A stretch of DNA of 64,000 bases, taken from contig JASCQW010000001.1 of assembly GCA_030264375.1 (NCBI GenBank), positions 126,266,909 through 126,330,908 on the forward strand, given 5' to 3'. The notes under the pieces are model-generated. The model made no database searches. It was not told the origin of the DNA and was given only the letters and a program-made list of their open reading frames with translations. Within the stretch, counting starts at the first letter, position 1. Each line of letters starts with the position of its first letter. The DNA is from Carcharhinus longimanus (lineage: Eukaryota). The translations under genes were made by a program, and so were the position numbers. This document shows positions 1-12,780 of the stretch, in pieces.

Positions 1-460
1 CGATTCCACGTTCTGCTCTTTGGAGCCTATATCTTCCCTTACTACCGCCCTGATATTATCCTTAATCAGCAGAGCTATACACCACCCCCCCCCAACCTTT
101 TTCCTCCCTTCTATCCTTCCTAAACACTTGATACCCCTGGACATTCAGCTCCTAGTCCCTGTCACCCTGCAACCACGTTTCCGTAATGGCCACCAGATCA
201 TATCATTTGTGCTGATCTATGCCACCAGCTCATTCACTTTGTCCCGAATGCTTTGTGCATTCAGGTAAAGTGTCTTTATCCCAGCCTTTATCGGTACCCT
301 ATTTGAAGGAATGCTACCAACCTTTCTCATGCCACCTACTCCCTTTATTATTGGGATATCCTCAACATTTTCCCACGTCCGTACCCTCTCTTTTACTTTA
401 GACATTGTAATTCCTCCTATCCCTGCACCCTCCGCCCCCCTTAATTAGTTTAAAGCCTTC
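1..460 (-). mobile_element. CR1 LINE fragment, start of ORF2 (APE endonuclease)
   Basis: ORF 217-405 ends IKTLYLNAQSIRDKVNELVA, the typical CR1 ORF2 N-terminal motif. Confidence 0.8.
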
Positions 461-471
461 CCTATATGCAG

Positions 472-552
472 TATGCTTTGTCTGTACAGCATGCAAGACA
501 TAATACTTTTCACTGTCTACTAATACATGTGACAATAATAAATCAGATCAAT
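472..552 (+). mobile_element. Short LINE 3' tail, same family as 14725-15010
   Basis: aatacttttcactgt...taatacatgtgacaataataaatca is shared with 14960-15010. Confidence 0.6.
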
Positions 553-1639
553 ACAGGTGGATATTAAAATCCTGACCAGAATACTCAGCAAGGGCACAAC
601 ACAACTCACTAATCCCTTCAGTTTCTGAAGGAACTTTCTGGTGTTTATCATCCAATCTTTGCCTAGGAATTAATGACTCCTTTAATTAAACTCACTGAAT
701 TGTTTTACAACAACCAGTTCAGATTATATTAGCATTTACTCGACAAGCCACCCATCTGGATTTGCATGAAATATCAAGTGACTGAATCATTCATTTCTTA
801 CCAATTATCAAAGAAATTGGGCATCTAACTCATTCAGAAGCACTGAAACATTATGTATGCAAATAATTAGAGCTAATTGACAATATAAATAATATCTTAC
901 AGGGCAGTTCCATTTTGCTGCAGTACTTCAGTATTAATTGCTTGATGATTATAAAAGTAGAGTTGTTATCAGTTTTGAGATTAATATAAATTAATGAGGT
1001 TAATTTAGTATTAGATTCCTTTGACAGCTGAGAAGTTAACGGTGTTAGATAGCCATTCCATTGAAGAAATTAAAGTTTACGAGCTAGATGATTAAATGGG
1101 CTGTAGGCAGCTCAGTGACTGGTTGCCTGCTGGGAAGTGGCAAGTAGCCATTTGAGACCAATTAGATTTAACTCAGGGACCTATTAAGTCCTTGGTTGAT
1201 TGGAATTGTCAACCATCATATGGTCCAGGTCAACATGGTGAGTGAGAAGGCAGAGGGCTCACTTGAGAATACCCCGTTTTCCCTGACTTATAATAGTAGG
1301 TGGGCCATGGCTGCAGCCATAGGCCATTCTCTGGAGGGTTTACCAGTCTAAGTCATGGCTAGTCATATATTGGCATTCTAAAAAGATCATTTTTCTGGCA
1401 GTTGTCTTTTGCTGCCCACATCTTCAAGCTGACAGCTTTCGCCTTGGTGGTGGGACTGCCAGACATTTTGGATAGCCTGCAATTGGGCCACCAGCACTGG
1501 GAGCCTTACTGATGTTCCTTATTGGACAGTGAGCCTACTCCCTAGCCTTAAGTTGGTTGGAGCATTGACGTTTACAGTGCAATGTCTAAAGTGGACGATG
1601 CGATGTCAGAACCTGGAAGTAACCCTCATGATTAAAGCT

Positions 1640-2085
1640 TGACTGATTCTTGGAATGAGGGGCTATCTTGTGAGAAAAGGTTGGATAAGTTAGGCCTATA
1701 GGTTAGATTATCCATTGGAGTTTAGAACAATATGAGGCGATCTTATTGAAACATTCAAGAGCCTGAGGGAGCTTGACCAGGTGGCTGCTGAAAAGACATT
1801 TCTTTTTATTGGAGGTTAAAATAAAGGGTCTCCTATTTAAGATAGAGATGAGGAGATTTCTTTTCTCTTGAGGGTTGCTTGAGAATGGAACTTCTCAGAG
1901 TAGTGGAGGCAGGATCATTGAATATTTTAAGGTACAGGTAGATAGATTCTTGATTGACGATCAAGTCAAAGGGATAGAAAAGAAAGTGGAGTTGAGGCCA
2001 TAATCAAATCAGCCATGATCCAATTGAATGGTGGAGCAAGCTCAAGGGGTGACTGGCTTATTTCTATTCCTAATATGTATGTTTA
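1640..2085 (+). mobile_element. CR1 LINE 3' end, decayed
   Basis: ggagtttagaa...gatcttattgaaaca...cagccatgatc...gaatggtggagca matches the CR1 C-terminus and 3' UTR seen elsewhere in the window. Confidence 0.8.
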
Positions 2086-2195
2086 TATATTTTGTAAAAA
2101 TCTGACCCTTTGTTTTTCTAGTTAGCAACATTTTTAGCCTTGTATGATGTTTTCTTAATTGTTGGAGTTGACAAACTGGTTGCCTTTTTTTTTAT

Positions 2196-2312
2196 GAAAG
2201 ATTGTTGACCTGAAATATCAACTCTGCTTCTCTCTGATGCTGCCTGACTTCTGAGTATTTCTATTTTTTCTATTTTCATTTCAGATTTCCAGCATGTGTA
2301 GTATTTTGCTTA
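2196..2312 (+). mobile_element. Penelope-like terminal repeat fragment
   Basis: gacctgaaa...aactctgcttctctc...gatgctgcctgac...tcagatttccagcat is the same family as 20678-20812 in the opposite orientation. Confidence 0.55.
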
Positions 2313-2934
2313 TGTATGAATTGAAGCCTTGTTTTCTTTTGGGATTACTTTTCAGAAACCTCAGTAACGAACCTCTGTCTTATAGGGGTGATATGTGTTC
2401 CCCTGAATAAATTATTCTGATATAAATTCACTTTCTCTGCTGTTGGCTGTACCTCATTTAGTTGGTTAAATCTCATGATCCTTAATGTCAGGGAGGGCGT
2501 CAATATTTTAGCTTTAGGACCATCCAATCATAACTTTGTTGACCTTTTTTCAATTTTACAACTTTGTTCTATATATGTTAGTCAAATAATTCTCAAGCCT
2601 TTAAAAAAGAAACAGAATTAAACTAAAGACTGAGGACTAAACTTTACCGTCAAAATATGTATCTTTAATTTGTCAAGCAATTTTCTCAGTTCTATTGAAT
2701 AATCTAACACATGGTAGAAGAGTCAGGCATCAATCGCTTCACACAGCCCAGTTTATACTGATCACCTGCATCTTGATGAAAGTGGTACCTCGAGATACCA
2801 GACTGATCATTTATCCTCCAGCTTTCCATGTTTCTGCAGTCAAAAGGTCACATATTGGTCCAGGTGAGCAGGTCACATCTGGTTCAGCCATTGCTAATCA
2901 CGTTCATAAATGTTAGCAGAATGCGGATATTAGT

Positions 2935-3165
2935 TGTGTTTGCATAGGTTTCCTTTGGGTCCACCAGTTTCCTCCCCCAGTCCAAAAATGTGTAGGTTAG
3001 GTGGATTGGCCATGCTAAATTGCCTCTGTGTCCAAAGGTGTGTAGTTTAGATGGATTAGCCATGGTAAATGCTGGGTGGCGGGTTAGCTTGAGTAAGATG
3101 CTATTTCGAAGAGTCAGTGCAGACTTAATGGCCTCCTTCTACGTTGTAGGGATTCCATGGTTCTA
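2935..3165 (+). mobile_element. HE1-like V-SINE fragment
   Basis: tttcctcccccagtccaaaa...ggttaggtggattggccatgctaaattgcc V-SINE core followed by a CR1-type tail. Confidence 0.75.
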
Positions 3166-3779
3166 TGCCAACACAACCGAAACAGAAGCTTATAGTTTTC
3201 CCACCATTCTCCACACTGTTCCACCACCCCCTTCCTCCTTCATGTCTAACAGCTCTCTGTTCTAATGAGGATATGGGCAAATGGCCTTTGTTGTACATTT
3301 CTATGATTATTGCTTTAAAAAAAGGCATGCCATTCAAAACTTTTTACCTTGCACTCATCAAGACTGATGTGAGAATGCCAAATTTCAAGGAGAGCAACAA
3401 TTAATATTGCATGTGAAAAGGATGCTGGTTTGTTGTCAAGTTGAGTTGGCAACTCTGATTGAGGTATCACTATGGAGAATCTCCATTATAGCTTGGTTTT
3501 GAGATGAACCCATCGTTATGGTTATGTATCTATCCATTGGAGATTTAATTAGAGAACTATTGGTAGATCCTTTTTGTTGATACTGCACATGGCGTTGTAT
3601 TTTTTGGCATTCAATGCCAACTCCCATTGGTTTGGCCAGCAATTTTTGCCCATTCTTAAGTGCTCTTGAGAAAGAGGTGAGCCAAGCTTCTTGAACTGCT
3701 GCAGTCCATGTAGTGTAGGCACACTCACAGTCCTGTTAGGCAGGGATGTGAGCTTGAGTTCTCCCTGATGTGCAGACCA

Positions 3780-5560
3780 TGCAGTAATCTGCACAGTCAT
3801 ATTGTTGGGTAAGGTCATTTACGTATGTCAGGAAAAGTAAAGATCTGAACATAATTCCCTGGGGCACGCCAAGAGAGAACATCCCTAAGAGAGGGCGATT
3901 CACCATCATATACCATTCTCTCCCTTCTATTAGTTAGAAAGTGCTGGATTCAATTTAATAATGTCCTGATTATGTAATAATGAAGTTTGAACAATAGAAT
4001 GTTGTCTTCGGGAAATCAAATATTGCCATGTGAGTAGTTTCATCTATTCGAGATTTGAAGCTGGGTCATTGAGTGTTTGCGTAGATTTTTTTGACTGAAA
4101 ACCACATATTGTGAACTTCAAAGTGCTACATAACAGATGAATGACCTATATGTTCATGCAATTTGCAAAACAATGATGGTCAGCAATGTTAGTCTGAAGT
4201 TTTCTGATTGATTTTCATCCTTTTTTTTGTCTTACCTGGTCTGGTAAGTAACTAGTTTATATTGACTCTTTAAAGAGATTGGTCAATACTGGAGCCGATT
4301 CATCAGCTGCTAACTTTTAAGATCTGGGGAAGTGGTTAGGTGATCCGAACCTGGAGTTTTATTTTGAATTTATTTCTTGCGATCATTTTGTAACACCCTC
4401 TTTTCTTATTATGTTTTACTATGCCTGATATGCAGTTGCTGTCTAAACTGGGAATGTGAGTTACATGTCTTCTTTTCAGTTGGAAAATTGATCACTGAGT
4501 GTCTTTGCTTTACCTTTAGAATCACATTTAACTGTTTATTTTGAAATTGAGATCTGAAAGGCCACTTCTTTTTGGGTTTTCTTTATAAGTGACTGGAGGC
4601 TCTTAGGATTTTCCTTAATAGAGGATGTAAGATACTCAAACTTTCCTTTCCTTGCTTTGTTGAGAGCATTCTCTATTTTCTGCAAGCAAGTTCTGAATTC
4701 CTTCCAGTCCTCTTCATCCCTGGGTTTTTAAGCCTTGCTATAAAATTTCCTTCTCTATAACTTATGATGTTCTCTACTGAACCATATGAGGTTTCTCCTG
4801 TTGGATGAAACTTGGATGACACTTTTTTTATCCCTGTCTTCTGTCAAAACATTTTACAGTTTGTTTTCAGTTTCTCTTGCATTGATGATGAAACTAAATT
4901 GGTAAAATAATGGTTATTGTTTTCTTATTCCTTCCTTGCCAACTGTGTTTCTAATGAAGATTTGGTCACTAATCCCTGGTTTTGCAGACATTTTTGTGAA
5001 AAGGCTTTGTTGTTGGCAAGCACAGGATCCAGGAGGTTATTCCCTGTGGTTGATTCTTAACCAGCTCTTCCATTACACTATCAAAAATCACATTTAAAGG
5101 TTTTTCACTATCTTATTACAAGCTTAATGATTTGGAATAGTGTTTCCCACAGTCCAGTTAACATTGGGTTGATTGAAGTCATCTGCTTTCATGATGTCAG
5201 CATTTTATATCTGACTTTGAATCCTTTTAAGTGTTTTGTTGAGCACCTCAGTCATATCTTCATCATAATTTTTAAGTTTGTAAACTGCTCCTATGGTGAC
5301 TTTATGCCTTCCTTTGATTTTAAGTTGATTCCATAATATTTCACCATTCTGGCTACCAAGTTTTTGCTCTGTCATGGCAAGCTTGATCCCACAAATTGGC
5401 AGGACTTCTCCATAGCGCTCTGTTTGCCTGTCTTTCTGAAAGGTTGTTTAATACTTCAGAGTTGGCAACATCTGGTTATAGGCATGTTTCTGTCCCTTAA
5501 CTAATATCTGGATTGTGTAGCTTTCTTTGCTACTAACACATCAGTAGTTTTATTCCATGT
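3780..5560 (-). mobile_element. Old CR1-group LINE ORF2 relic (endonuclease to RT)
   Basis: Reverse complement gives GVPQG near 3865, NNLLDPVLAN near 5030 and DDFNQPNVNW near 5170, with many stops. Confidence 0.6.
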
Positions 5561-6029
5561 GCTTTGAAAGTTCACATGATAGAACGCCAAGAGTTTCTTT
5601 TTGATTTCTCCAAGGACTTTTAAACTGGTGTTATTAGATTGATCTTGGTTATTATCTTGAAATTTAAGGTGGCTGCTTCTAGCTTGGTGTGAACAAATAG
5701 TGACAGGTGGGTGATGGAGCTTGTTTCCCCTGTGAATTTTCCTTTCTGATTTGCTTGCCAAAGCTGCCATGTGAAAGTTGAGGTAAAGACTCTGGACTGG
5801 ACTTTTGCTACTGAGGCAGGTTGCTTGAAATAGGGAAATTTCCCAGCTCAGCAAAAACTGAAAGGGACCCATTAGACCCAATTTTCATTCCATGGAGTTG
5901 TGGGAGGGATAGAGTCAGGCTGGCTGATCCCGGAAGCAGATCTTGGGCAGTCTAGTGCTGGTTAAAATACCTGCCTTGGTTCTTTGAAACGTTGTTCCAG
6001 TTGTTTTAAAAGCTGTTAGGCCCCAATGC

Positions 6030-6278
6030 CCAAATTCAATTACAGCCTTGGGTGACTGTGTGGAGTTGGTACATTCCCCCTGTGTCTGCGTGAATTTTAT
6101 CAGGGTGCTGTGATTTCCTTCCACAGCCCTAAGCTGTGCAGGTTGGGGGGATTGGCCTTGGTAAAGACGTGATGTTATGGGGAGAGGCCTGTGTGAGATA
6201 CTCTGTCAGAGAGTTGGTGCAGACTCGATGGGTTGAATGGCCTCTTCTGCACTGTAGGGCTCCTAAGATTCTTCTATG
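6030..6278 (+). mobile_element. HE1-like V-SINE fragment inside an older non-autonomous element
   Basis: gactgtgtggagttggtacattccccctgtgtctgcgtg core and gcagactcgatgggttgaatggcctcttctgcactgtagg tail. Confidence 0.75.
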
Positions 6279-7131
6279 TGCGTTAAGGCCCTTGAAGAAT
6301 TCAAAATGGGATCTGTTTGAACTTACACTAAGTTTAAATGGCCTTGTTGAGTTCAGGTCTCCGTTTCTGTGAATCAGACCATGCCCCCTTCCTCATGCTA
6401 GCAAAAATTAGACCTGTTGGAAATGGGTGTGGGACTTCTACATCTTGGTCCTGCCCACAATTGTTAAAGGTTCCAATTCTGAAAATCTGACCTTCGATGT
6501 AGAGAATGAGTCTCATTATGGTCTCGATATGCCCCAGATGCTTACCTGCTGAAGGACTCACTTTCTTCCATATCTGACCCTCTGGTGCTGCTGCCCCGTT
6601 AAGGTCCCTTTCTAGATGTTCTGGTGCTGCAGTGGCCAGAAACCTCTGCTGTTACATTGGAAATGTTCCATCTTCATGTGGAAACCCTGCCAGGACCCAC
6701 TGTCTATATTTAAAGAGCTCAAGCACAACATAATAGGTCCAGGTTGTGGTAGATATGGAAGGATGGGCAGAGGTGACTGTCACCATTCAGGAAATTTTGA
6801 GGAAAATAGGGAAGCTAAAGAATCCAATGAATTTAATAGTAGGTCCTTATTAGAAGAGTTTGAGGATGATGACGAAAAAGGGTGGTTAAAGTTGTAACGT
6901 TAATTTGGGACAGAGAAAGAGATTTAAGAATGAGTTTTTTATGGAATGGGTATATGCTATAAATCAATTGAAATTTGCCGGTCTATCCTCATTTTTCTGA
7001 CATGCCAATGATAAGTTGCACATGAGAAAAGACCTGAAATGACATTTTTTTAAACTCTCAAAGAAATGTTACAGCTTTAATTTGTGAAATGCATTTGCTT
7101 GATAGTTTTAATCAACAGCTTTCTCTTGTAG

Positions 7132-7213
7132 GAATGATCCTGATGGACAAGCTGAGTTATTTGAAAAGGTATTGGAATGGCATCGTTCAAATCAAGTTAA
7201 GTTGAGGTTTATG
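7132..7213 (+). CDS. Candidate internal coding exon A of an unidentified host gene: (x)NDPDGQAELFEKVLEWHRSNQVKLRFM
   Basis: Acceptor ctttctcttgtag and donor ATG|gtaagt. Only one frame is open across the 82 nt and it ends in phase 0. Sequence is not repetitive. Confidence 0.6.
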
Positions 7214-9494
7214 GTAAGTGGCTTTGGAATATGATCATTATAGATTATATCTAACTTGCATGGCATCCCACAAGATAAGTCTATTGATGACTCTTGATAC
7301 TCCTAAATATGTTGTTAATAATTGCCTTTGAGTATTTCAATTTTTTAAAGAGAGTCTCTTTTTAAAGTTAAACCAAAACCCAATCAATGACAATGAGTCA
7401 CTGGCAATTCCTCTCCCAGTCTTTCAATTTTTCTAAATTGCAAAATCTTAATTGGATAGAGCACCATGAAACGTTTCAGTGATATTATTAAATTCCATAT
7501 AAATCCACATATTGTAAACTCATTGTCTGAAAATGGCTGGGTTAATTTCCTTGGATCCCTGCCACAATCTCCTGTCCCCCTGACATCATTGACACCAAGT
7601 TCAGGAGGATCACACTTGGTCTATTTAAAAAAATTCTCAGGACATAAAATGGCCTGAGGTTAATATTGATCTGATGTCAACCCATTGACCTTACACTTGC
7701 CAATCACATGCACTTATCTTGCTTAAATATTGAACAGTATCGGACTACTTGTGTACTATTCTTAATGTCTTTATTTTCAGCTGAGTTAATTTGAATTTCT
7801 TTACACTCGTCTTAGTGTTAGCTCTTTTTGCAATGATATAACTTTTAGTATATTCATAAAACTGATTGAGATGGACAGTGTAATTTAAAGTCAATTCATT
7901 TTATAGTTAAATAGTTTGCTCATAATATTTTTTCAATGTTTGAAACGTGACAAGAAAAATAATCTGGATGTTGTGGTAGGAATAAGTGAGCCAAATAGTG
8001 TTTTTATTAATTTTTTTATTAATAAACTAAACAACAACTTCTGCCATCCACACATTTCCACTCGGGAAGTTCTCTCTGGATTTCCTTGCTGCTTCACAAG
8101 TTTCACTGCACTGGTATCCCGCCAAGAGACTCTACATTCAAATACATGAAGATCAAACCATCACTAATCATGCCAGAAAAAATTGGAGCTTAAATATAAA
8201 TGCATTTTTAGACGTGTGAAAACTCTTAATTATCACAAATCAATCTCTCTGGCAGTGAAAATTTACTTCTGAAAATGTGGAGCTTCATTTCTTCAGATTT
8301 AATTATTTTAATTATTGTTAAAGGTCTTAAGAAATTAGAAGCTAATTACGAAAACCTTTTCCCTTTGTTGTTTGTCTCTCATTCTCTTAATTTCATCTTA
8401 CTTTTCCATACTTTATTTTGCTTTCACATATAATTTTTACATTGAATTAAATACTTTAACTTCCTGGTTTAGACTTGAGTATTCTTCAATTTGATTGGTT
8501 AAAATTACGCATTTGGCTAAATTTTAAGGCTCCCTGGGGAAAGGTTGGCAATTGGGGTTAACATATAATTGGGCATTATACAAAGGGGGAGTTCCTAACA
8601 GTTACCTGCCCATCCCATGTTTATTTTAATGATGGTGAGTGCTGTGTCATGAGGACTGCCCAGCTGAGGCCCTTAAGAAGCTAATTAATGTCCATTATGG
8701 GCCTCCTAGTGCTGCTGCGATTTTTTTTTTCCCCCAAATTGCCATGTGTCCAGCCTGACAAGTTTCACTGGGTGAACCAGTGGCCAGTCAATGGGTGGAA
8801 ATGCCATCTTTACAGGCTCCTGTGTCCATTTCTTGCCACCACTCTTTGTGAGACTTCTGGGTCAGGGAGTTGCCAGTCATTTGACCAGCAGCTTTCAGAG
8901 GCAATGCTTCCACCCAACTTTTAGGCCAGTGGAAGCAAGGACTTCACACATCACTGTACAGTCCAGTGCATTGTTGCTGGCCTTGTTCACAAGGTCACAG
9001 ATCTCATTGAAAGGATGAGAAGTCTGCATAGCTGGAAGTGCCATGAATGGTGAGTGGTGTTAATTCACTGAGAATAAAATCCTGGTTGTTGTCTCATTAA
9101 TAATTATTTTAATAAAATATGATTTCTAATACAAGAGAATTGTCTTAATCACACTTGATTATTGTGCAAATAACAAATATTTAAAAATGATTTGATCTGC
9201 TTTAATTATTATTAGGCTGCCGGTGATCTTAATTAAGTGTAATTAAAAACCAATTTTAGGCCAAGTGGTACAATACAACCTTTAACTTGCACAGCTTGAT
9301 TTGTCTTGATTTGATTCTAGTGCAATATCTTCAGTAATTAAGGTACCATTGTTTTTTAATAATTCCTTCAATGGGATGAACATCGCTGGCAAGGCCAGTA
9401 TTTGTTGCTAAATCCTAATCAAATTATCTCAATGCCTTGATGAGAGCAGTGTTATTTATACATGCCTGAGTTTTGCACAGATCAGTAGTTTATT

Positions 9495-10110
9495 CATAGA
9501 ATCATTGGAGGTTTACGTCATAGAACGAAGCCATTTTTCCCATTGGTCTGCACGGCTGAAAACAAACAACCCAACCCCAGCCTGATTTACAGTATTGGGC
9601 CATAGCCCTGCAGATCACATGTACTTTAGGTGCATATTCAAACACCTTTTAAATGAGTTGAAGGTTTCCACTTCTACTACCCTTCAGGTGGTGAGTTGCA
9701 CATCCCTCCAACCCTTCTGGGTGAAACAATTTTTTCCGTCATCCACCCACTAATCCATCAACAGATTACTTTAAATCTATACCCCCCGAGTCACTGACCC
9801 CTCTGTTAAAGTGAATAGGCTCTTCCCATTCACTCTGTCCAGGCCCCTCACAATTTTATAATCCCAATCAACTCTGCCCTTAATTTATTCTGTTCCAATG
9901 AGAACAACTCCAGCCTATCTAATCTTTCCTCAAAACTGCACTTTCTAGTCCTGGTAGCATCCTCATTAATCTTTCAACCCTGTTGAATGCCATTACATCT
10001 ATTCTATAATGCTGTGACCAGAAGTGTGCATGGTACTCAAGTTGTGGCCTAACTAATGTTTTATATAGTTTCATCATAACCGCCCTGATCTTATAGTCTA
10101 TGCCTTGGTT
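9495..10110 (-). mobile_element. CR1 LINE 3' end
   Basis: ORF 9919-10188 contains LYKTLVRPQLEYHAHFWSQHY, the CR1 ORF2 C-terminal motif. Confidence 0.85.
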
Positions 10111-11946
10111 GATTAACTGATTCATTGACGTTACATATGATATGTGCAACGCACTGTTTGAGTGTGTGTTGGAGGCATGCTCAATCAAGTCATGTAGTAC
10201 GGAATTGGATTATTATATGAAAAGGAATAATATGCAGAGTCATAAGGAGAAGATGAGGGCACGAAACTAGGTATATCTCTCATTTGGAGAGCTGCGTGGA
10301 TATGGTGGGCTGATTAGTCTCACTCTGTCCTGTAATGTTGTTCCACCCAGTTTATACTAAATGTTCTGACTCTCTGAAATTCAGACCACCACCATTCATT
10401 GGATGACTTGTTACCTGGACAGGCATAGCAATGCTCAAATCTTCAGAGTAAACAAGAGAATGCAAAGTGTGCAGTCAATTTATTGACCATATATAATTAA
10501 ATTAGAATGTCAGTCATGGTGATCAAAATTGGTACTACAAGTCAGGTATAAATGAGACACTGCTACTTGTAGATTGCTGTATTTTTAATATAGTTACAGT
10601 TCCAAAATCTGGTTTGAACTAGATTTATTCCTGAAATAGCCAAATCCTTAAATGACCTAGTTTTGTCAATGTCTGCCCACAGTATAATAACAAATATCTC
10701 TTCTGAACTACTTCTAAGGCTTAAGGAATTTTATACAAGGCTGTAAATAAAAACTTAGACTGTAAACATTGAACTTTTGAGCATTATATACCTTAAAATT
10801 ATATTTATCAAATATACAGGCTGACAAATTTATGAATAGTACATTAAAGTGTGTTTTTCCTGCTGCACTCCTGGGATAAATTGGGAGCACGTATTCGGAA
10901 ATTGTGCACATCCAGCCTGTTGCTTTCCAGATTTAATTTTGCAAAACAGAGAATAGAAACTAGATTCTTGAATGCTTTTAAAAAAGAAGCATGGGAACTG
11001 GCTGATAGAGCATGGGGAAATACTTCAGAGATGAAAGGGGCTTGTGGATAGGTTGGAGAGGAGGTTAACAGACAAAAACACATTTGAGAATGTGGGGAAT
11101 GATTAACTGAAGAGTGCTAAGGGCAGTTTGGCAAATGTTCTTTATAGTCCTCTCTCCCAAAATGTTGCTTAAACCCTGCTTCCTCCAATACTGACAGAAT
11201 TTGCCCTCTTGCATACTTTAAAACCCTTTTCCCAGTCTTACTGGTCTACAAACTTTTTCTCTGCCCCCAACTGCCACCTCCCACTGCCCACAAATCTTCA
11301 AACAGCATTTTCGGTATGTTGATGTCCGTGTTCCAGAACACCTTTTCCAGTGATCCAATAATATGTTCCAATGTTTCCAGAATATGTTTCTTCAGTGTTA
11401 TTGGAACCTTTCTTTGTATTCGCAGATTTTGATGCTCCCATCAAAATTCTGATAAACCCTGAAATCCCATCCCAATAATAACAATCTCTGGACATGCTTC
11501 CTGGTGTTCTAAGAGCTGCCTCTTCACAAGTAAGTCAAGCTTCTACTGCAATCCATTTGGCGTTAAAAACAATTGTTCTCAAAAAACCAACAGACTTAAC
11601 AGTAAGAAATGCCGCAGAAGTGCTCTGCTGTTGCCGGAAGAGCTTTTGCATTCAATGTTAGTTTTCTGAAGACACCCCATGTCCATAGGCTTTTGCAGTT
11701 GTGATGGGCTGAAACATTGGAGTATTACATAAACTAAGGATCTTATTAGCAAATGCTTGCATAGGCGTGCTGGATTGCACAATCTTGTTTTGTGCTGTAA
11801 ATGATAATAGTTCTGCTATTAATAAAGCATTTGATGGGTTTATCATGAACCAATCAAAAGCAATTCCTTTCAGTCAGTAAGTGCCAATGTGAAAGGTTTA
11901 AGCAATAGAAAAGTGTGTCTTTTTTTTTCCAAGAAAGAAAGACATA

Positions 11947-12101
11947 GAGCGGGATTTTACAACCTCGCTTGTCCTGAAACTGTAAAATCCTGCCCGAGGT
12001 CAGCAGACCTTTTAAGTGGTCTACCTTATGCCCATTCTGATTCCCGTGGTTTGTGTGGGGGGGTGGAGGAGGGGGGGTTGGTGGGGGGGAGAAATTCCAG
12101 T
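11947..12101 (+). mobile_element. About 130-150-bp MITE, probably Harbinger-derived
   Basis: gagcgggattttac...gtaaaatcctgcccgaggtc...gattcccgtgg...gaaattccag, with related copies at 19842 and 49426. Confidence 0.65.
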
Positions 12102-12104
12102 TAT

Positions 12105-12780
12105 AGGGTGAAATTTTCCAATCCCACCATTAGCGGGAATTGTGGCAGGCATGATTTGGCATGAATCAAAAAATGAGTTTCTAAACAGCAGACATTAGTT
12201 TGGAATTTTGTTTTCCTGACTTCCAAAACAGGGTAAAAGTGGATTGAGTTTCCTGCTGAGCAATGTCAGATATGCTGTTTGCATCCATGAATGCTTGCTG
12301 ACTTGCTTGTCAGAATCATTTATTCCCTCTCTAAATTCAGTGTTCTGCCAGCAGCTAATTAGAATATTCTGTTTTACAAGGTGTATTAGTGACACACCCT
12401 AGTGAGCTTCACTTCATTCATGACTTGGAGGTCAGCAGATGTTGCATACAACATCCTTTCACACCATCACTGAGATGTATTAGATGCCTGTAGCACAAAC
12501 TGCGCAAAGGCTTGGCATGGGAAACATGACTCAAGGGGAAGAGTAAGATGGAGGTATGACTGGGGGGCGGGGAGGGGAAACAACACTCCTGGTATTGATT
12601 TCTCCTGCTACTTTTTCCCACTGTGTCCTGAGCTTATGCATGGAGAGCTTCCTAACCCTTTCCAGATAAAGGTCACTGTTTCTTCTCTTCACCTCTCTCA
12701 CTAAGACTTCCAGTGCATTGTCTGAAAACATTGTTGCTCCCTCTCACATGTTCAGCGTTGCTTGAAATGTCACAGGCAAA
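12105..12780 (-). mobile_element. Harbinger-associated Myb/SANT-like DNA-binding gene fragment (NAIF1/MSANTD type)
   Basis: ORF 12531-12731 FSDNALEVLVREVKRR...LRTQWEKVAGEINTRSVV fits the family; truncated. TIR-like gggtgaaattttcc at about 12106. Confidence 0.75.

Noticed and set aside
10851-11051. Protein-like ORF RFNFAKQRIETRFLNAFKKEAWELADRAW
   Set aside because: No usable donor before the stop, and the sequence resembles a decayed LINE 3' end.
11425-11529. Acceptor ttcgcag and donor CAA|gtaagt pair
   Set aside because: All three frames contain stops.
12055-12090. G-quadruplex-like G runs (also near 63875-63905)
   Set aside because: G-tract expansions inside repeats with no evidence of function.
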